A stretch of DNA of 32,000 nt from Candidatus Arthromitus sp. SFB-rat-Yit (lineage in GTDB: Bacteria > Bacillota > Clostridia > Clostridiales > Clostridiaceae), in the NCBI RefSeq assembly GCF_000283555.1, contig NC_016012.1, positions 300,001-332,000 on the forward strand, in the 5' to 3' direction. This document shows positions 9,741 to 20,264 of the stretch, in pieces. Position 1 is the stretch's first letter. Each line of letters starts with the position of its first letter. The translations under genes and the position numbers were made by a program. The notes beneath the pieces were generated by a model that saw only the letters and a program-made list of their open reading frames with translations, searched no databases and was not told the DNA's origin.

Positions 9741-10050
9741 AAATTATCCCTCCTTTTACAGAACATTGTGTATATATTAAAAGTTATTATAGAAAAAAAT
9801 TTTTATTCTTAATTAAATTTAGGGATAATGTTTTTATTTAATAATACGTAATAAGTATTAAAAACATATTAAATAGAATTGCGTATGAATAAACAGATAT
9901 TTTAAAATAATTGTGGAGATTATTTTAGTTATTTGATATAATTTTGATGATTGTTATCAATTTGCTATTTCAAATAGTGAATTAATTTATTAAATAAATT
10001 CAAGCTTAATATATGGAAGGTAATTCATATCGAGTGAGAGGGGAAGGTTT

Positions 10051-10755
10051 ATGGGCAGAGTTGAATTAACATATGGAAGAGCGATAAAAAAGATAATGGA
10101 TATTACAAATCCTATCAAGAAAATGCTGATGAAAACCAATTGTATTACACATAAATTTATAAATAATAATTCTATACAGATATTGAATAATGAAAGTTTA
10201 TATAATATTAGTATTTTTATAAAAAAATATATAGATTTTATAAATGATGGAGTTGTATGGGCAGATCAGGATTATAAAAGTAGTAACCATTTTTATAATA
10301 TAGATACTTTAAAGGGATTATATGGTTTCTCTGATCTTTTAAATGAATTTAAAAAATATTATAGAACAGCTATGTATTATTTAGATAAGAATCAAATTGA
10401 GAAGTGTATGTTTTATGTAGGGGTTTGCCTACACCTTATACAAGATTCTACAGTTCCTCAACATGGGAGTGGGGATTTATTTAATGAACATAGGAATTTT
10501 GAACTTTGGATAGTATCTAAAATATATGATGAAAACAAGTTTAAGATAGAAACAGGGATTCAAAGATTTAATAGAGTTGAGGATTATATTATAAAAAATA
10601 TAGCTTTTTCTCAAAAAATTAATATTATTAATAAAAATATAAAAGATAGAGAAAAAAGATATATGAATATATCTTGCGAAATTTTGAGAAGAGCACATGA
10701 AACTACAGCTGGGTTTTTAGTTGATATATATGAGAGAATAAATAATATAATTTAA
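10051..10755 (+). CDS. Zinc-dependent phospholipase C / S1-P1 nuclease-fold family protein, no obvious signal peptide
   Basis: THKFI; FKKYYRTAMYYLDKNQIEKCMFYVGVCLHLIQDSTVPQH...HRNFE...AHETTAGFLVDIY follows the His/Asp ligand layout of bacterial zinc phospholipases C. Confidence 0.75.
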   Translation: MGRVELTYGRAIKKIMDITNPIKKMLMKTNCITHKFINNNSIQILNNESLYNISIFIKKYIDFINDGVVWADQDYKSSNHFYNIDTLKGLYGFSDLLNEFKKYYRTAMYYLDKNQIEKCMFYVGVCLHLIQDSTVPQHGSGDLFNEHRNFELWIVSKIYDENKFKIETGIQRFNRVEDYIIKNIAFSQKINIINKNIKDREKRYMNISCEILRRAHETTAGFLVDIYERINNII

Positions 10756-10796
10756 ATAGGAGATATTCTAATATTTATTAGGATATCTCCTATTTT
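10754..10796 (+). terminator. Rho-independent terminator after the phospholipase-like gene
   Basis: AAATAGGAGATAT (10754-10766) / ATATCTCCTATTT (10783-10795) followed by T; overlaps the stop codon. Confidence 0.65.
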
Positions 10797-11002
10797 GTCA
10801 TATATAATGAGAATTGTATTAGAATTGTATTTTTATTTTGAGTAGTGTATTATAGTAGTTAGTTGCTTAAAATTTACTAGATTATTTAATTTATTTTTGG
10901 GTAAAAATAAATTAAAATGAATATAAAAAATCAGTAATATTACCTAAAATTATTGTATATTCTATTTCTAATATTAATTTATAAAATTGAGGTGATAATT
11001 TT

Positions 11003-11320
11003 ATGAATATTGACATCATTCGAGAGATACAACGTGCTGAAGAACAAGCAACTTTGATTTTAGATAAATCTAGAGATGATAGTAAAAAAATACTCAATGA
11101 TGCTGTGGTTAAAGCTAACGATGAGTATAATAGAATAATTGATTTAGCTAATGAAGAATACAAAAAAATAGTACAAGATTATGAAAATCAAGGTAAAAAT
11201 ATAGCTGAAAGTTCAGAAATGAAATGCGATGTATCGAAAATATCTAATGTTTCTGATAATAAAAAACAATTAGCTATAAATAAGATAATACAGGAGATTA
11301 TTATTTATGGCGATAGTTAA
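11003..11320 (+). CDS. V/A-type ATPase peripheral-stalk subunit (NtpF / subunit H-G like)
   Basis: 105-aa charged coiled-coil (REIQRAEEQATLILDKSRDDSKKILNDAV) directly upstream of the subunit I gene. Confidence 0.8.
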   Translation: MNIDIIREIQRAEEQATLILDKSRDDSKKILNDAVVKANDEYNRIIDLANEEYKKIVQDYENQGKNIAESSEMKCDVSKISNVSDNKKQLAINKIIQEIIIYGDS

Positions 11321-13292
11321 AATGAAAAAATTTTCCTTATATTTTCTAGAAAAGGATAAGGAAACGGTTTTAAATGCATTACAAGCGTTTGGCGGATTAG
11401 AATTTAATGGTTTTGAAAAATATACAACAAACATTAGAGAAGATAATGAATTATTAAACACATTAGATAAATTAAAGTGCTTGGAGTTAGATAGTCAGAG
11501 TGCAATTTTTGATCAAAATTTAAATAAATTAAGGTATTGTTTAGACATTTTAAAACCTTATGCAACTAAAAAATCAATATTTAAAACATTAATAGACGAT
11601 AAAATAGAAATAGAATATATTAAGCTTGTAGAGTATATGAAAAATAATAATTGGGAAAAAATATACGATGATTTAAAAAAAATAGATAGTAGAATAGCAG
11701 AGTTGGATTCAGAATATTTAAGATGTGAGACTGAAATAGATATAGCAAAGTACTGGAGAAATTTAGAGGGAAATATTAAAAATTATAACAAATTAAAGTA
11801 TTCTACATGTTTTTTAGGTAGTATTTCTAAACAATTTGAGACAGAAGTATTAACTAAATTTGAACAAGATTTTGAATATTCATTTATTGATTTAATTAAT
11901 TCTACACAAAAGGAGTCATACTTTTTAATCATAATTTATAATGATTTTAAGAATGAAGCATTAGAATTTTTAAAGCAAAGAGGATTTAATTTTCAGACAT
12001 TTAATTATGATTGTAGTATTAACGAATGTATAAACAGACTTGAAAAAGATAAAAAAGATATATTAGTTGAAAAAAATAAATTGAAAAAAAGTATAGAAAA
12101 ATATTCAAACAGTTATTTGGAATTACAGTATGCTTATGAATATTTCAATTCAAATAAAGAAAAATCGCATTTATTTCAAAAGTTTATGAGAAGTGATTTT
12201 GTTGTAATATCACAGGGATATTTAGAAAGCGATAATGTAGTAAATTTAGAGAAATGTTTATCTAATATTAAAAACTTTGATTTTTATTTAGATATTGAAG
12301 AGATAAGTGATGAAGATGTACTTGATGTACCAGTAAAGTTAAGTAATGGATGTATATCGTCACCTTTTGAGTCTGTTGTTGAAATGTATAGTTATCCTAT
12401 ATATAGTGAGGTAGATCCATCCCCTGTAATATCCATATTTTTTATAGTATTTTTTGGGATGATGCTTGCGGATGCAGGATATGGAATTTTAATGTTATTA
12501 ATTTCAATATTTTTATATACTAAATCTAAGACTAAAGAAAAAAGGGATAGTTATAGATTATTTATATTTGCAGGTATATCTACTACTATATGGGGTGTGC
12601 TGTATGGGGCATACTTTGGCGATTTTTTAGTAAGATATTTTAACATTAATGTGCCTGTATTGCTTGATGTAAATAAAGATATAATGAAAATATTTTTGAT
12701 TGCTATTGCATTTGGGTTTGTACATTTAGTTGTAGGTTTAATTATGAAAGCAATAGTATATTTTAAAAATGGGAAAATAATAGATATCTTATACGATGTT
12801 TTACCATGGATGATGATTCTTGGTGGGGTTATTATGTTTGCATTGAAAGATATTGTAATATTTATTACACCCCAAATTTCTGGTATTATTATTGTTTTAG
12901 GAATAATAATTTTACTATTTACCCAAGGAAGGGAAGCAGAAACCTTGGTTGGGAAAATAGGCGGTGGAGTATATGGAGTTTATGGAATAAGTTCTTATTT
13001 AGGAGATATAATTTCATATTCTAGATTATTAGCTTTAGGATTAGCATCTGGATTTATTGCTAATGCTTTTAATATAATGGGTGGATTAATACCATTTCCA
13101 TTTAATATAGTAATAACACCAATTCTTTTAATACCACTTCATTTATTTAACTTAGGTATAAATGCATTGGGAACTTATGTACACTCGTCTAGGTTACAAT
13201 ATTTAGAGTTTTTTGGAAAATTCTATTCAGGTGGTGGAAGGAAATTCACACCGTTTAAATATACAGATGAATATATAAGAATTAAAAAATAA
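11307..13292 (+). CDS. ntpI: V-type ATP synthase subunit I
   Basis: 661 aa; soluble coiled-coil N-half and membrane C-half with FFGMMLADAGYGI and SYSRLLALGLASGFIANAFN signatures. Confidence 0.95.
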   Translation: MAIVKMKKFSLYFLEKDKETVLNALQAFGGLEFNGFEKYTTNIREDNELLNTLDKLKCLELDSQSAIFDQNLNKLRYCLDILKPYATKKSIFKTLIDDKIEIEYIKLVEYMKNNNWEKIYDDLKKIDSRIAELDSEYLRCETEIDIAKYWRNLEGNIKNYNKLKYSTCFLGSISKQFETEVLTKFEQDFEYSFIDLINSTQKESYFLIIIYNDFKNEALEFLKQRGFNFQTFNYDCSINECINRLEKDKKDILVEKNKLKKSIEKYSNSYLELQYAYEYFNSNKEKSHLFQKFMRSDFVVISQGYLESDNVVNLEKCLSNIKNFDFYLDIEEISDEDVLDVPVKLSNGCISSPFESVVEMYSYPIYSEVDPSPVISIFFIVFFGMMLADAGYGILMLLISIFLYTKSKTKEKRDSYRLFIFAGISTTIWGVLYGAYFGDFLVRYFNINVPVLLDVNKDIMKIFLIAIAFGFVHLVVGLIMKAIVYFKNGKIIDILYDVLPWMMILGGVIMFALKDIVIFITPQISGIIIVLGIIILLFTQGREAETLVGKIGGGVYGVYGISSYLGDIISYSRLLALGLASGFIANAFNIMGGLIPFPFNIVITPILLIPLHLFNLGINALGTYVHSSRLQYLEFFGKFYSGGGRKFTPFKYTDEYIRIKK

Positions 13293-13318
13293 TAATTGTT
13301 TAAATAGGAGGAAAAAAT

Positions 13319-13807
13319 ATGACATTTTCAGATTTTTTAGTACAATATGGGGGTTTAATATTAGCTTTATTAGGAGCAGCTTTATGTGTTGGATTATCAG
13401 GAACTGGATCAGCTAAAGGGGTGTCTATTGCAGGTCAAGCTTCTGCTGGATTATTATCTGAAGAACCAGAAAAATTTGGTCAAACAATATTATTAACAGC
13501 ATTACCAGGAACTCAAGGTTTATTTGGATTTGTTATTGCATTGTTAATATTTCTTAATTCAGGTGTTTTCGATACTCAATTTCCATCAGTTTTACAAGGG
13601 TTTCAATTTTTAATGGCTGGATTACCTATGGGATTAACAGGATTGTTTTCTGGTATAGCTCAAGGTAAAGTTTGTGCAGCAGCTGTGCAAATACTAGCTA
13701 AAAATCCTAAGCATACAACTAAGGGTGTAATATATGCTACACTTGTTGAAACTTATGCTGTTTTAGGATTTGTTGCTTCATTATTTATGGTTTTATTTTT
13801 TAAATAG
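13319..13807 (+). CDS. ntpK: V-type ATP synthase subunit K (duplicated c-subunit proteolipid)
   Basis: Four-helix duplicated hairpin; ALPGTQGLFGFVIALLIF; GLFSGIAQGKVCAAAVQILAKNPKHTTKGVIYATLVETYAVLGF. Confidence 0.97.
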   Translation: MTFSDFLVQYGGLILALLGAALCVGLSGTGSAKGVSIAGQASAGLLSEEPEKFGQTILLTALPGTQGLFGFVIALLIFLNSGVFDTQFPSVLQGFQFLMAGLPMGLTGLFSGIAQGKVCAAAVQILAKNPKHTTKGVIYATLVETYAVLGFVASLFMVLFFK

Positions 13808-13826
13808 ATTTGGAGTGATCTAAAGT

Positions 13827-14405
13827 ATGTCAAATTGTAAAAAGTTGGTTAATAGAATTATAAATGATGCTGAAGTCAAAAAAAATGAAATAGTAAATAA
13901 GGCTAAAGAAGAAGCTGATAAAATAGTAAATAATAAACTTATTGAAGCAAATAAAGCGAAGGAAAAAATAATTTCTAAGGCTCATAATGATGGAATTCAG
14001 TTAAAAAATAATATAATTTCTAAATCTGAATCCAATATTAGAAAAAATATATTAGGGGCTAAAAAACAAATTTTGGATGAAATATTTTTTGAATCATTAG
14101 AAATATTAACAAAGCTAAATGAAATAGAGTTTAAAAAATATATTAACAATACCTTTAAAAATTTAGATTTAGAAGGGGAATATGCATTAATAATACCTTT
14201 AACTTATAATAAACATGATTTTGAAGACTTAATTAACTTTAATAGTTATAAGTTTACATTAACAAAAATAAAACCATCTGATGCTTTAAAAGGTGGTTTT
14301 ATTTTAGAAAAAGATGGTAGTATTATAAATTATTCTTTTGAAGTAATAATGGAATTTGTTAGAGAAGAAATTGAATTTGAAGTATCTAAAATTTTGTTTG
14401 ATTGA
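13827..14405 (+). CDS. ntpE: V-type ATP synthase subunit E
   Basis: 192-aa charged coiled-coil protein in the conserved operon position; RNA start ATGTCAAATTGT with gatttgg(agtg) RBS. Confidence 0.85.
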   Translation: MSNCKKLVNRIINDAEVKKNEIVNKAKEEADKIVNNKLIEANKAKEKIISKAHNDGIQLKNNIISKSESNIRKNILGAKKQILDEIFFESLEILTKLNEIEFKKYINNTFKNLDLEGEYALIIPLTYNKHDFEDLINFNSYKFTLTKIKPSDALKGGFILEKDGSIINYSFEVIMEFVREEIEFEVSKILFD

Positions 14406-14416
14406 GGAGGTATAGT

Positions 14417-15418
14417 GTGTATAAATATTCGTATTTAGATGTTATGCCTAAAATCAGAGTATATGAGAAAAAGTTAATAGATAATTTAATTATAGATAGA
14501 ATGCTTTCAACCAATAATATGAATGAATTATTTAGGATGCTATCTGAAACTAATTATAGTAAGAATACATCAGAAGTAATTGATCATTTAAACTATGAAA
14601 AAATACTTATGAAAGAGTTAAAAAACTTGTTTAATGAGATGAGTTATATACTTTCAAATAGTAATTTAATTGATGTTTTTACATTAAAGTATTTTTATAA
14701 TAATTTAAAGGTAATGTTAAAAAGTAAGTTTCTAAATATTAATTTATCTAATTTAATATTTGAATTTAATAGTATTAATAATTTAGGTATATATGAAGCT
14801 TTATATAATGACAATTATAGATATTTAAATGAAAGAATTAAAAATATTATCAAATTTTTGGTAAACGACTTTGATCATAATAGAGATATTACTAATATAG
14901 ATATTATGTTAGATAAGTTTATGTTTGAAGATCTAAAACAAAAGGTATATGAAATTGGAGATAATTTTTTAATTAATTATGCGGATAAATTAATTGATAT
15001 ATTTAATATTAAGACGATTTTTAGGATTAAAAAACTTAAATTAGATAAGAAAATATTAGGTAGTGTGGTTTGTGTACCGGGAAGTATAGATTTAGAAAAG
15101 ATAAAATTATTATTTTTAGAAAGTAATGATAATTTATTAATAAGATTTTCTGATATTGAGATATATAAATATATTAAAAATGGAATTGAAAAATTTATTA
15201 ATGATGATGACGTTGGTTTATTAGAAATAGAATTAGATAATTATTTAATGAATTTTCTTAAAAATCAAAAGATATATACATCTGGATTATCACCAATAAT
15301 AGGTTATATTAATGCTAAAGAAACTGAAATAAGAAATGTTAGACTTATTATAATGGGAAAAATCAATAATATTCCTTCGGAGACTATAAAGGGGAGGTTA
15401 ATATTAGGCTATGTATAA
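14417..15418 (+). CDS. ntpC: V-type ATP synthase subunit C
   Basis: ORF track starts at TTG 14402, but RBS GAGGAGG precedes GTG at 14417; operon position and C subunit features (YLNERIKNIIKFLVNDFDHNRDITNIDIMLDKFMFEDL). Confidence 0.88.
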   Translation: MYKYSYLDVMPKIRVYEKKLIDNLIIDRMLSTNNMNELFRMLSETNYSKNTSEVIDHLNYEKILMKELKNLFNEMSYILSNSNLIDVFTLKYFYNNLKVMLKSKFLNINLSNLIFEFNSINNLGIYEALYNDNYRYLNERIKNIIKFLVNDFDHNRDITNIDIMLDKFMFEDLKQKVYEIGDNFLINYADKLIDIFNIKTIFRIKKLKLDKKILGSVVCVPGSIDLEKIKLLFLESNDNLLIRFSDIEIYKYIKNGIEKFINDDDVGLLEIELDNYLMNFLKNQKIYTSGLSPIIGYINAKETEIRNVRLIIMGKINNIPSETIKGRLILGYV

Positions 15419-15725
15419 AGTTGGAGTTATAGGTGATAAAGATTCAATATTTTCTTTTAAATCTTTAGGTATTGAAACTTTTTCTTGTGAAGAAGGAGAT
15501 ATAGGTGAGGTTACTCAACTTATAAAAAAGATGGTAGCTAAGAATTACGGTGTTATATTTATTACTGAAAATATAGCCCAACATGTATTAGATTTAATAG
15601 ATAGATATCAAAAATGTTACCTTCCAGTTATAGTTTTAATACCAAATAGTCAAGGAAGTTTAGGTATTGGTATTTCAAGGATAAATGAAAATGTTGAAAA
15701 GGCCATAGGTATAAATATTTTATAG
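15411..15725 (+). CDS. ntpG: V-type ATP synthase subunit F/G (NtpG)
   Basis: 104 aa, MYKVGVIGDKDSIFSFKSLGIETF...GVIFITENIA...LPVIVLIPNSQGSLGIG. Confidence 0.92.
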   Translation: MYKVGVIGDKDSIFSFKSLGIETFSCEEGDIGEVTQLIKKMVAKNYGVIFITENIAQHVLDLIDRYQKCYLPVIVLIPNSQGSLGIGISRINENVEKAIGINIL

Positions 15726-15741
15726 AAAGGAGATATAAAGT

Positions 15742-17520
15742 TTGAGTAATGGTAAAATTATTAAAGTTGCTGGACCATTAGTTGTTGCGGAGGGTTTAGA
15801 TGATGTTAAGGTTTATGATGTTGTAAAGGTTGGTAAAAAGAAACTAATAGGTGAAGTTATAGAGATTAGATATAATAACGTTTCTATACAGGTATATGAA
15901 GAAACATCTGGAATAGGTCCTGGAGATGAAGTTATATCAACTGGTGAACCACTTAGTGTTGAATTGGGACCGGGATTATTAGAGTCAATGTTTGATGGAA
16001 TACAAAGACCATTGGAAGAATATGCAAATGTATCTGATTCAAGTTTTTTAGAGAGAGGTATAGAGTTATTCTCTTTAAATAGAGAAAAGATATGGGATTT
16101 TAAGCAGAGTGTTAATGTTGGTGATAAAGTTTCTACAGGAGATATAATAGGTACTGTACAGGAAACATCAGTGATATTACATAAAATAATGGTACCTTAT
16201 GATGTAACAGGAGTAATTAAAGAAATAAGAACAGGTAAATTCAATATTATGGAAACCATATGTGTAATAAGTACAGATAGTGGTGACAGAGAAATAAAAA
16301 TGTTACAAAAATGGCCTGTAAGGAAAGGAAGACCTTACATTAAAAAACTAAAACCTGAAGAACCGTTAATAACTGGTCAGAGGATAATAGATACGTTTTT
16401 TCCTGTTAGTAAAGGTGGTAGTGCATCAGTTCCTGGTCCATTTGGTGCAGGTAAAACTGTAGTTCAACATCAAATTGCTAAATGGGGAGATTCTGATATA
16501 GTTGTATATGTAGGATGCGGTGAAAGAGGAAATGAAATGACTGATGTTTTAATGGAATTTCCTGAACTTATAGATCCTAAGACAAATCAGAGTATTATGA
16601 AACGCACTGTTTTAATTGCAAATACATCTAATATGCCAGTTGCTGCTCGAGAAGCATGTATTTATACAGGAATAACAATAGCAGAATATTTTAGAGATAT
16701 GGGATATTCTGTTTCAATTATGGCTGATTCGACCTCAAGATGGGCGGAAGCTTTAAGAGAAATGTCAGGTAGACTTGAAGAAATGCCAGGAGATGAGGGA
16801 TATCCTGCATATTTAGGATCTAGATTGGCTGAGTTTTATGAGAGAGCTGGTAAAGTAGTATGTTTTGGTAGGGACGAAAGAATTGGTGCTATTACGGCTA
16901 TTGGAGCAGTATCACCTCCGGGAGGAGACTTATCTGAGCCAGTTACACAAGCAACTTTAAGAATTGTTAAAGTTTTTTGGGGATTAGATGCTCAATTAGC
17001 TTATAAAAGGCATTTTCCAGCTATAAATTGGTTGAATTCATACTCTTTATACGCAGATACTGTAGGAGAATCAATTGGGAAAAATAATATTTATAGTAAT
17101 TGGAATACTATGAGATCACAAGCTATGGAATTATTACAGGAAGAATCACAATTAGATGAAATAGTTAGGTTGGTCGGTATTGATGCTTTATCTGATAAAG
17201 ATAGATTAAAATTAGAGTCTGCTAAATCTATTAGGGAGGATTATTTGCAGCAGAATGGTTTCCATGAAATTGATACGTTTTCATCAATTGGAAAACAATA
17301 TAAAATGTTATCAGCAATATTAAAATTTAGGTTTCAGGCAGAAATAGCTTTAGATTCAGGAGTTTATTTAGAAAAAATATTAGAATTACCTATAAGAGAT
17401 AGAATATCAAGATTAAAATATATACCAGAAAAAGATATAAATAAAATTGATGATGTAATTAGAGATTTAGAAATAGAGATGAAAAATTTAATTGAAAAGG
17501 AGGGACTAGTTGGTGATTAA
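15742..17520 (+). CDS. ntpA: V-type ATP synthase catalytic subunit A
   Basis: 592 aa; P-loop [13 protein letters not shown]; [30 protein letters not shown]; probable TTG start with AAAGGAGAT RBS. Confidence 0.98.
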   Translation: MSNGKIIKVAGPLVVAEGLDDVKVYDVVKVGKKKLIGEVIEIRYNNVSIQVYEETSGIGPGDEVISTGEPLSVELGPGLLESMFDGIQRPLEEYANVSDSSFLERGIELFSLNREKIWDFKQSVNVGDKVSTGDIIGTVQETSVILHKIMVPYDVTGVIKEIRTGKFNIMETICVISTDSGDREIKMLQKWPVRKGRPYIKKLKPEEPLITGQRIIDTFFPVSKGGSASVPGPFGAGKTVVQHQIAKWGDSDIVVYVGCGERGNEMTDVLMEFPELIDPKTNQSIMKRTVLIANTSNMPVAAREACIYTGITIAEYFRDMGYSVSIMADSTSRWAEALREMSGRLEEMPGDEGYPAYLGSRLAEFYERAGKVVCFGRDERIGAITAIGAVSPPGGDLSEPVTQATLRIVKVFWGLDAQLAYKRHFPAINWLNSYSLYADTVGESIGKNNIYSNWNTMRSQAMELLQEESQLDEIVRLVGIDALSDKDRLKLESAKSIREDYLQQNGFHEIDTFSSIGKQYKMLSAILKFRFQAEIALDSGVYLEKILELPIRDRISRLKYIPEKDINKIDDVIRDLEIEMKNLIEKEGLVGD

Positions 17521-18892
17521 AGAGTATAGCACTATTAGAGAAGTTGTAGGACCACTTATGATGGTAGATGGAGTATCTGGAGTAAAATATGATGAATTGG
17601 TGGATATACAACTTGGTAATGGTGAAAAAAGAAGAGGTAAGGTATTAGAAGTTAATGGATCAAAAGCTATGGTTCAGATTTTTGAAGGTTCTAGTGGGAT
17701 ATCTCCTTATACGGCTAAGTGTAAATTTTTAGCAAAACCACTGCAATTGGGCGTATCTGAAGATATGTTAGGTAGGATTTTTGATGGTATGGGTAAGCCG
17801 AAAGATAATGGTGCTGACATAATTCCTGAATTTAAGAGAGATATAAATGGAATAGCTATAAACCCTGTTGCTAGAGACTATCCATCGGAATTTATACAAA
17901 CTGGTATATCAGCAATAGATCATTTAAATACTTTAGTTAGAGGTCAGAAATTACCAGTATTCTCTGCTTCAGGATTGCCACATTCTCAATTGGCTGCACA
18001 AATTGCTAGGCAAGCAAAAGTTCTAAATTCAGATTCTAAGTTTGCTATTGTTTTTGCAGCTATGGGTATAACATTTGAGGAAGCACAGTTTTTTATAGAT
18101 GATTTTACAGAAACTGGATCTATAGATAAATCTGTATTATTTATGAATTTAGCTAATGATCCTGCTATAGAAAGAATAGCTACTCCTAAAATGGCATTAA
18201 CATGTGCAGAATATCTAGCTTATGATAAAGGAATGCATGTACTTGTTATAATGACCGATATGACTAATTATGCAGAGGCTCTTAGGGAAGTATCTGCAGC
18301 TAGAAAAGAGGTCCCTGGAAGAAGAGGATATCCTGGATATTTGTATACTGATTTATCTAATATATATGAAAGAGCTGGTAGATTAAAGGGGAAGTTAGGA
18401 TCGATAACTCAGATACCTATTCTTACTATGCCGGAAGAGGATAAAACCCATCCAATTCCTGATTTGACTGGGTATATAACCGAGGGACAGATAATTTTGT
18501 CTAAGGAATTATATAAAAAGGGTATATTTCCTCCTATAGATGTATTACCTTCTTTATCTAGACTTAAAGATAAGGGAATTGGTAAAGGTAAAACAAGAGA
18601 GGATCATGCAGATACTATGAATCAATTATTTTCTGCATATTCTCAAGGTAAGCAAGCTAAGGAATTATCTGCTATACTCGGAGAATCGGCATTATCAGAA
18701 GTTGATTTAAAATACGCTAAATTTGCGGAGGTATTTGAAGGTAGATATTTAAATCAAGGATTTGATGCAAATAGATCTATAGAAGAAACTTTGAAATTAG
18801 GTTGGGAATTATTGAGAATTATTCCAAAATCAGAGCTTAAAAGAATTAGAGATGAGTATTTAGATAAATACTTAGAAAAAGATCAAACTTAA
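17510..18892 (+). CDS. ntpB: V-type ATP synthase subunit B
   Basis: 460 aa; [35 protein letters not shown]; [33 protein letters not shown]; start may be TTG 17510 or GTG 17513. Confidence 0.98.
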   Translation: MVIKEYSTIREVVGPLMMVDGVSGVKYDELVDIQLGNGEKRRGKVLEVNGSKAMVQIFEGSSGISPYTAKCKFLAKPLQLGVSEDMLGRIFDGMGKPKDNGADIIPEFKRDINGIAINPVARDYPSEFIQTGISAIDHLNTLVRGQKLPVFSASGLPHSQLAAQIARQAKVLNSDSKFAIVFAAMGITFEEAQFFIDDFTETGSIDKSVLFMNLANDPAIERIATPKMALTCAEYLAYDKGMHVLVIMTDMTNYAEALREVSAARKEVPGRRGYPGYLYTDLSNIYERAGRLKGKLGSITQIPILTMPEEDKTHPIPDLTGYITEGQIILSKELYKKGIFPPIDVLPSLSRLKDKGIGKGKTREDHADTMNQLFSAYSQGKQAKELSAILGESALSEVDLKYAKFAEVFEGRYLNQGFDANRSIEETLKLGWELLRIIPKSELKRIRDEYLDKYLEKDQT

Positions 18893-18905
18893 GGATGATT
18901 TTGAT

Positions 18906-19538
18906 ATGAGTAGATTAAATGTTAATCCTACGAGAATGGAGTTAACGAAATTAAAAAAGAGATTATCTGTAGCTGTTAGAGGATATAAACTTTTAAAAGA
19001 TAAACAAGATGAATTAATAAGAAAATTTATAATACTTGTAAAATATAATAGTGATCTTAGAAAAAAGGTTGAAAATAAATTATCTGATTCTTTTAAGTAT
19101 TTTGTAATATCTCGTGGAATTTTAGGAAATGAATTTTTAGATGAAGCCATAGTATATTCATCTAATAAAGTTGAATTAGATATTGTTGTTAAAAATATAA
19201 TGAGTGTTAATGTTCCAGTTTTAAAGTTTGATAATGTTTTTAATCATTTGGATTCTATTCGATATGGATTATTTAATACTAATTCTGAACTCGATAGATC
19301 TATTATAAATTTGAGATTTGTATTTTCTGAATTACTTGAGTTAGCAGAGGTAGAGAAATCAACTCAGCTTTTAGCAAATGAAATAGAAAAAACTAGACGT
19401 AGAGTAAATGCATTAGAATATAAGACTATACCAGATTTGAAAGAAACAATAAAGTACATTAGAATGAAGTTAGATGAGAATGAAAGAGGAGCACTAATAA
19501 GGTTGATGAAGGTTAAGGATATAATTAATGATAGATAA
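18906..19538 (+). CDS. ntpD: V-type ATP synthase subunit D
   Basis: 210 aa; [37 protein letters not shown]; [22 protein letters not shown]. Confidence 0.96.
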   Translation: MSRLNVNPTRMELTKLKKRLSVAVRGYKLLKDKQDELIRKFIILVKYNSDLRKKVENKLSDSFKYFVISRGILGNEFLDEAIVYSSNKVELDIVVKNIMSVNVPVLKFDNVFNHLDSIRYGLFNTNSELDRSIINLRFVFSELLELAEVEKSTQLLANEIEKTRRRVNALEYKTIPDLKETIKYIRMKLDENERGALIRLMKVKDIINDR

Positions 19539-19580
19539 CAGTAAGAGACCACTTATAAGTGGTCTCTTACTGTTATTATA
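19535..19580 (+). terminator. Strong palindromic terminator at the end of the V-ATPase operon
   Basis: 42-nt perfect palindrome ATAACAGTAAGAGACCACTTATAAGTGGTCTCTTACTGTTAT (19535-19576); contains the ntpD stop codon. Confidence 0.75.
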
Positions 19581-19626
19581 AATTTTTTATGTATAGATTA
19601 TTTTGAGGTTATGATAAAGATTTAGA

Positions 19627-20160
19627 ATGGTTAATAAATTAAAATTTAATAATAGATTGATTCTTATTTTATTATGGATAATTTTTATAATTATACTACC
19701 TATTTATTTTGCTAATTTTGTGTCTAAAAATATATTTTTTATAACTGTAACTTCTAATTCTATGTATCCAACAGTTAATGAAGGTGATTGGTTGATAGTT
19801 TACAAAAATTATAGAAATATTAATCGAAATGATATGATTGTATTTTATTCAAATGAATTAAATAAAAATATTATTAAAAGAGTTGTAGCTATACCTGGGG
19901 ATACTATAACTATAGATGGAAGTTTAAATCTTTTTGTTAATGGAGAAAAAGCCATTGATTCTAAATATATTGTTAATAGTAATTATCAGAGGTATGAACA
20001 ATTTGTTGTTCCAGACAAATCATATTTTGTAATAGGAGATAATTTAGGAAATTCATTTGATTCTAGATTTTGGGATAATAAGTTTATATATAGTGATTTA
20101 ATATTAGGACGTGTAGTTAGTTTATTTTACCCTATTAAGAGATTCAAATTATTTGGATAG
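19627..20160 (+). CDS. lepB: Signal peptidase I
   Basis: N-terminal TM, VTSNSMYPTVNEGDWLIV (catalytic Ser), NIIKRVVAIPGDTI (catalytic Lys), YFVIGDNLGNSFDSRFW. Confidence 0.92.
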   Translation: MVNKLKFNNRLILILLWIIFIIILPIYFANFVSKNIFFITVTSNSMYPTVNEGDWLIVYKNYRNINRNDMIVFYSNELNKNIIKRVVAIPGDTITIDGSLNLFVNGEKAIDSKYIVNSNYQRYEQFVVPDKSYFVIGDNLGNSFDSRFWDNKFIYSDLILGRVVSLFYPIKRFKLFG

Positions 20161-20264
20161 ATTGATTATTTGATAAAAGTTACATATGTATTTTATTTTT
20201 AATTAACTATAATATAAATTTTTCATATTATATATAAATTAATAAAAGAATTAGGGGTTATATT

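Noticed and set aside
10477-11461. Minus-strand ORFs 10477-10698, 10912-11163 and 11270-11461
   Set aside because: Antisense to the phospholipase-like gene or the start of the V-ATPase operon; no recognisable domains or initiation signals. The 10912-11163 ORF covers the probable V-ATPase promoter region.
12806-13024. Plus-strand 72-aa ORF within ntpI in another frame
   Set aside because: Overlaps conserved subunit I membrane region; composition is frame-shadow and there is no RBS.
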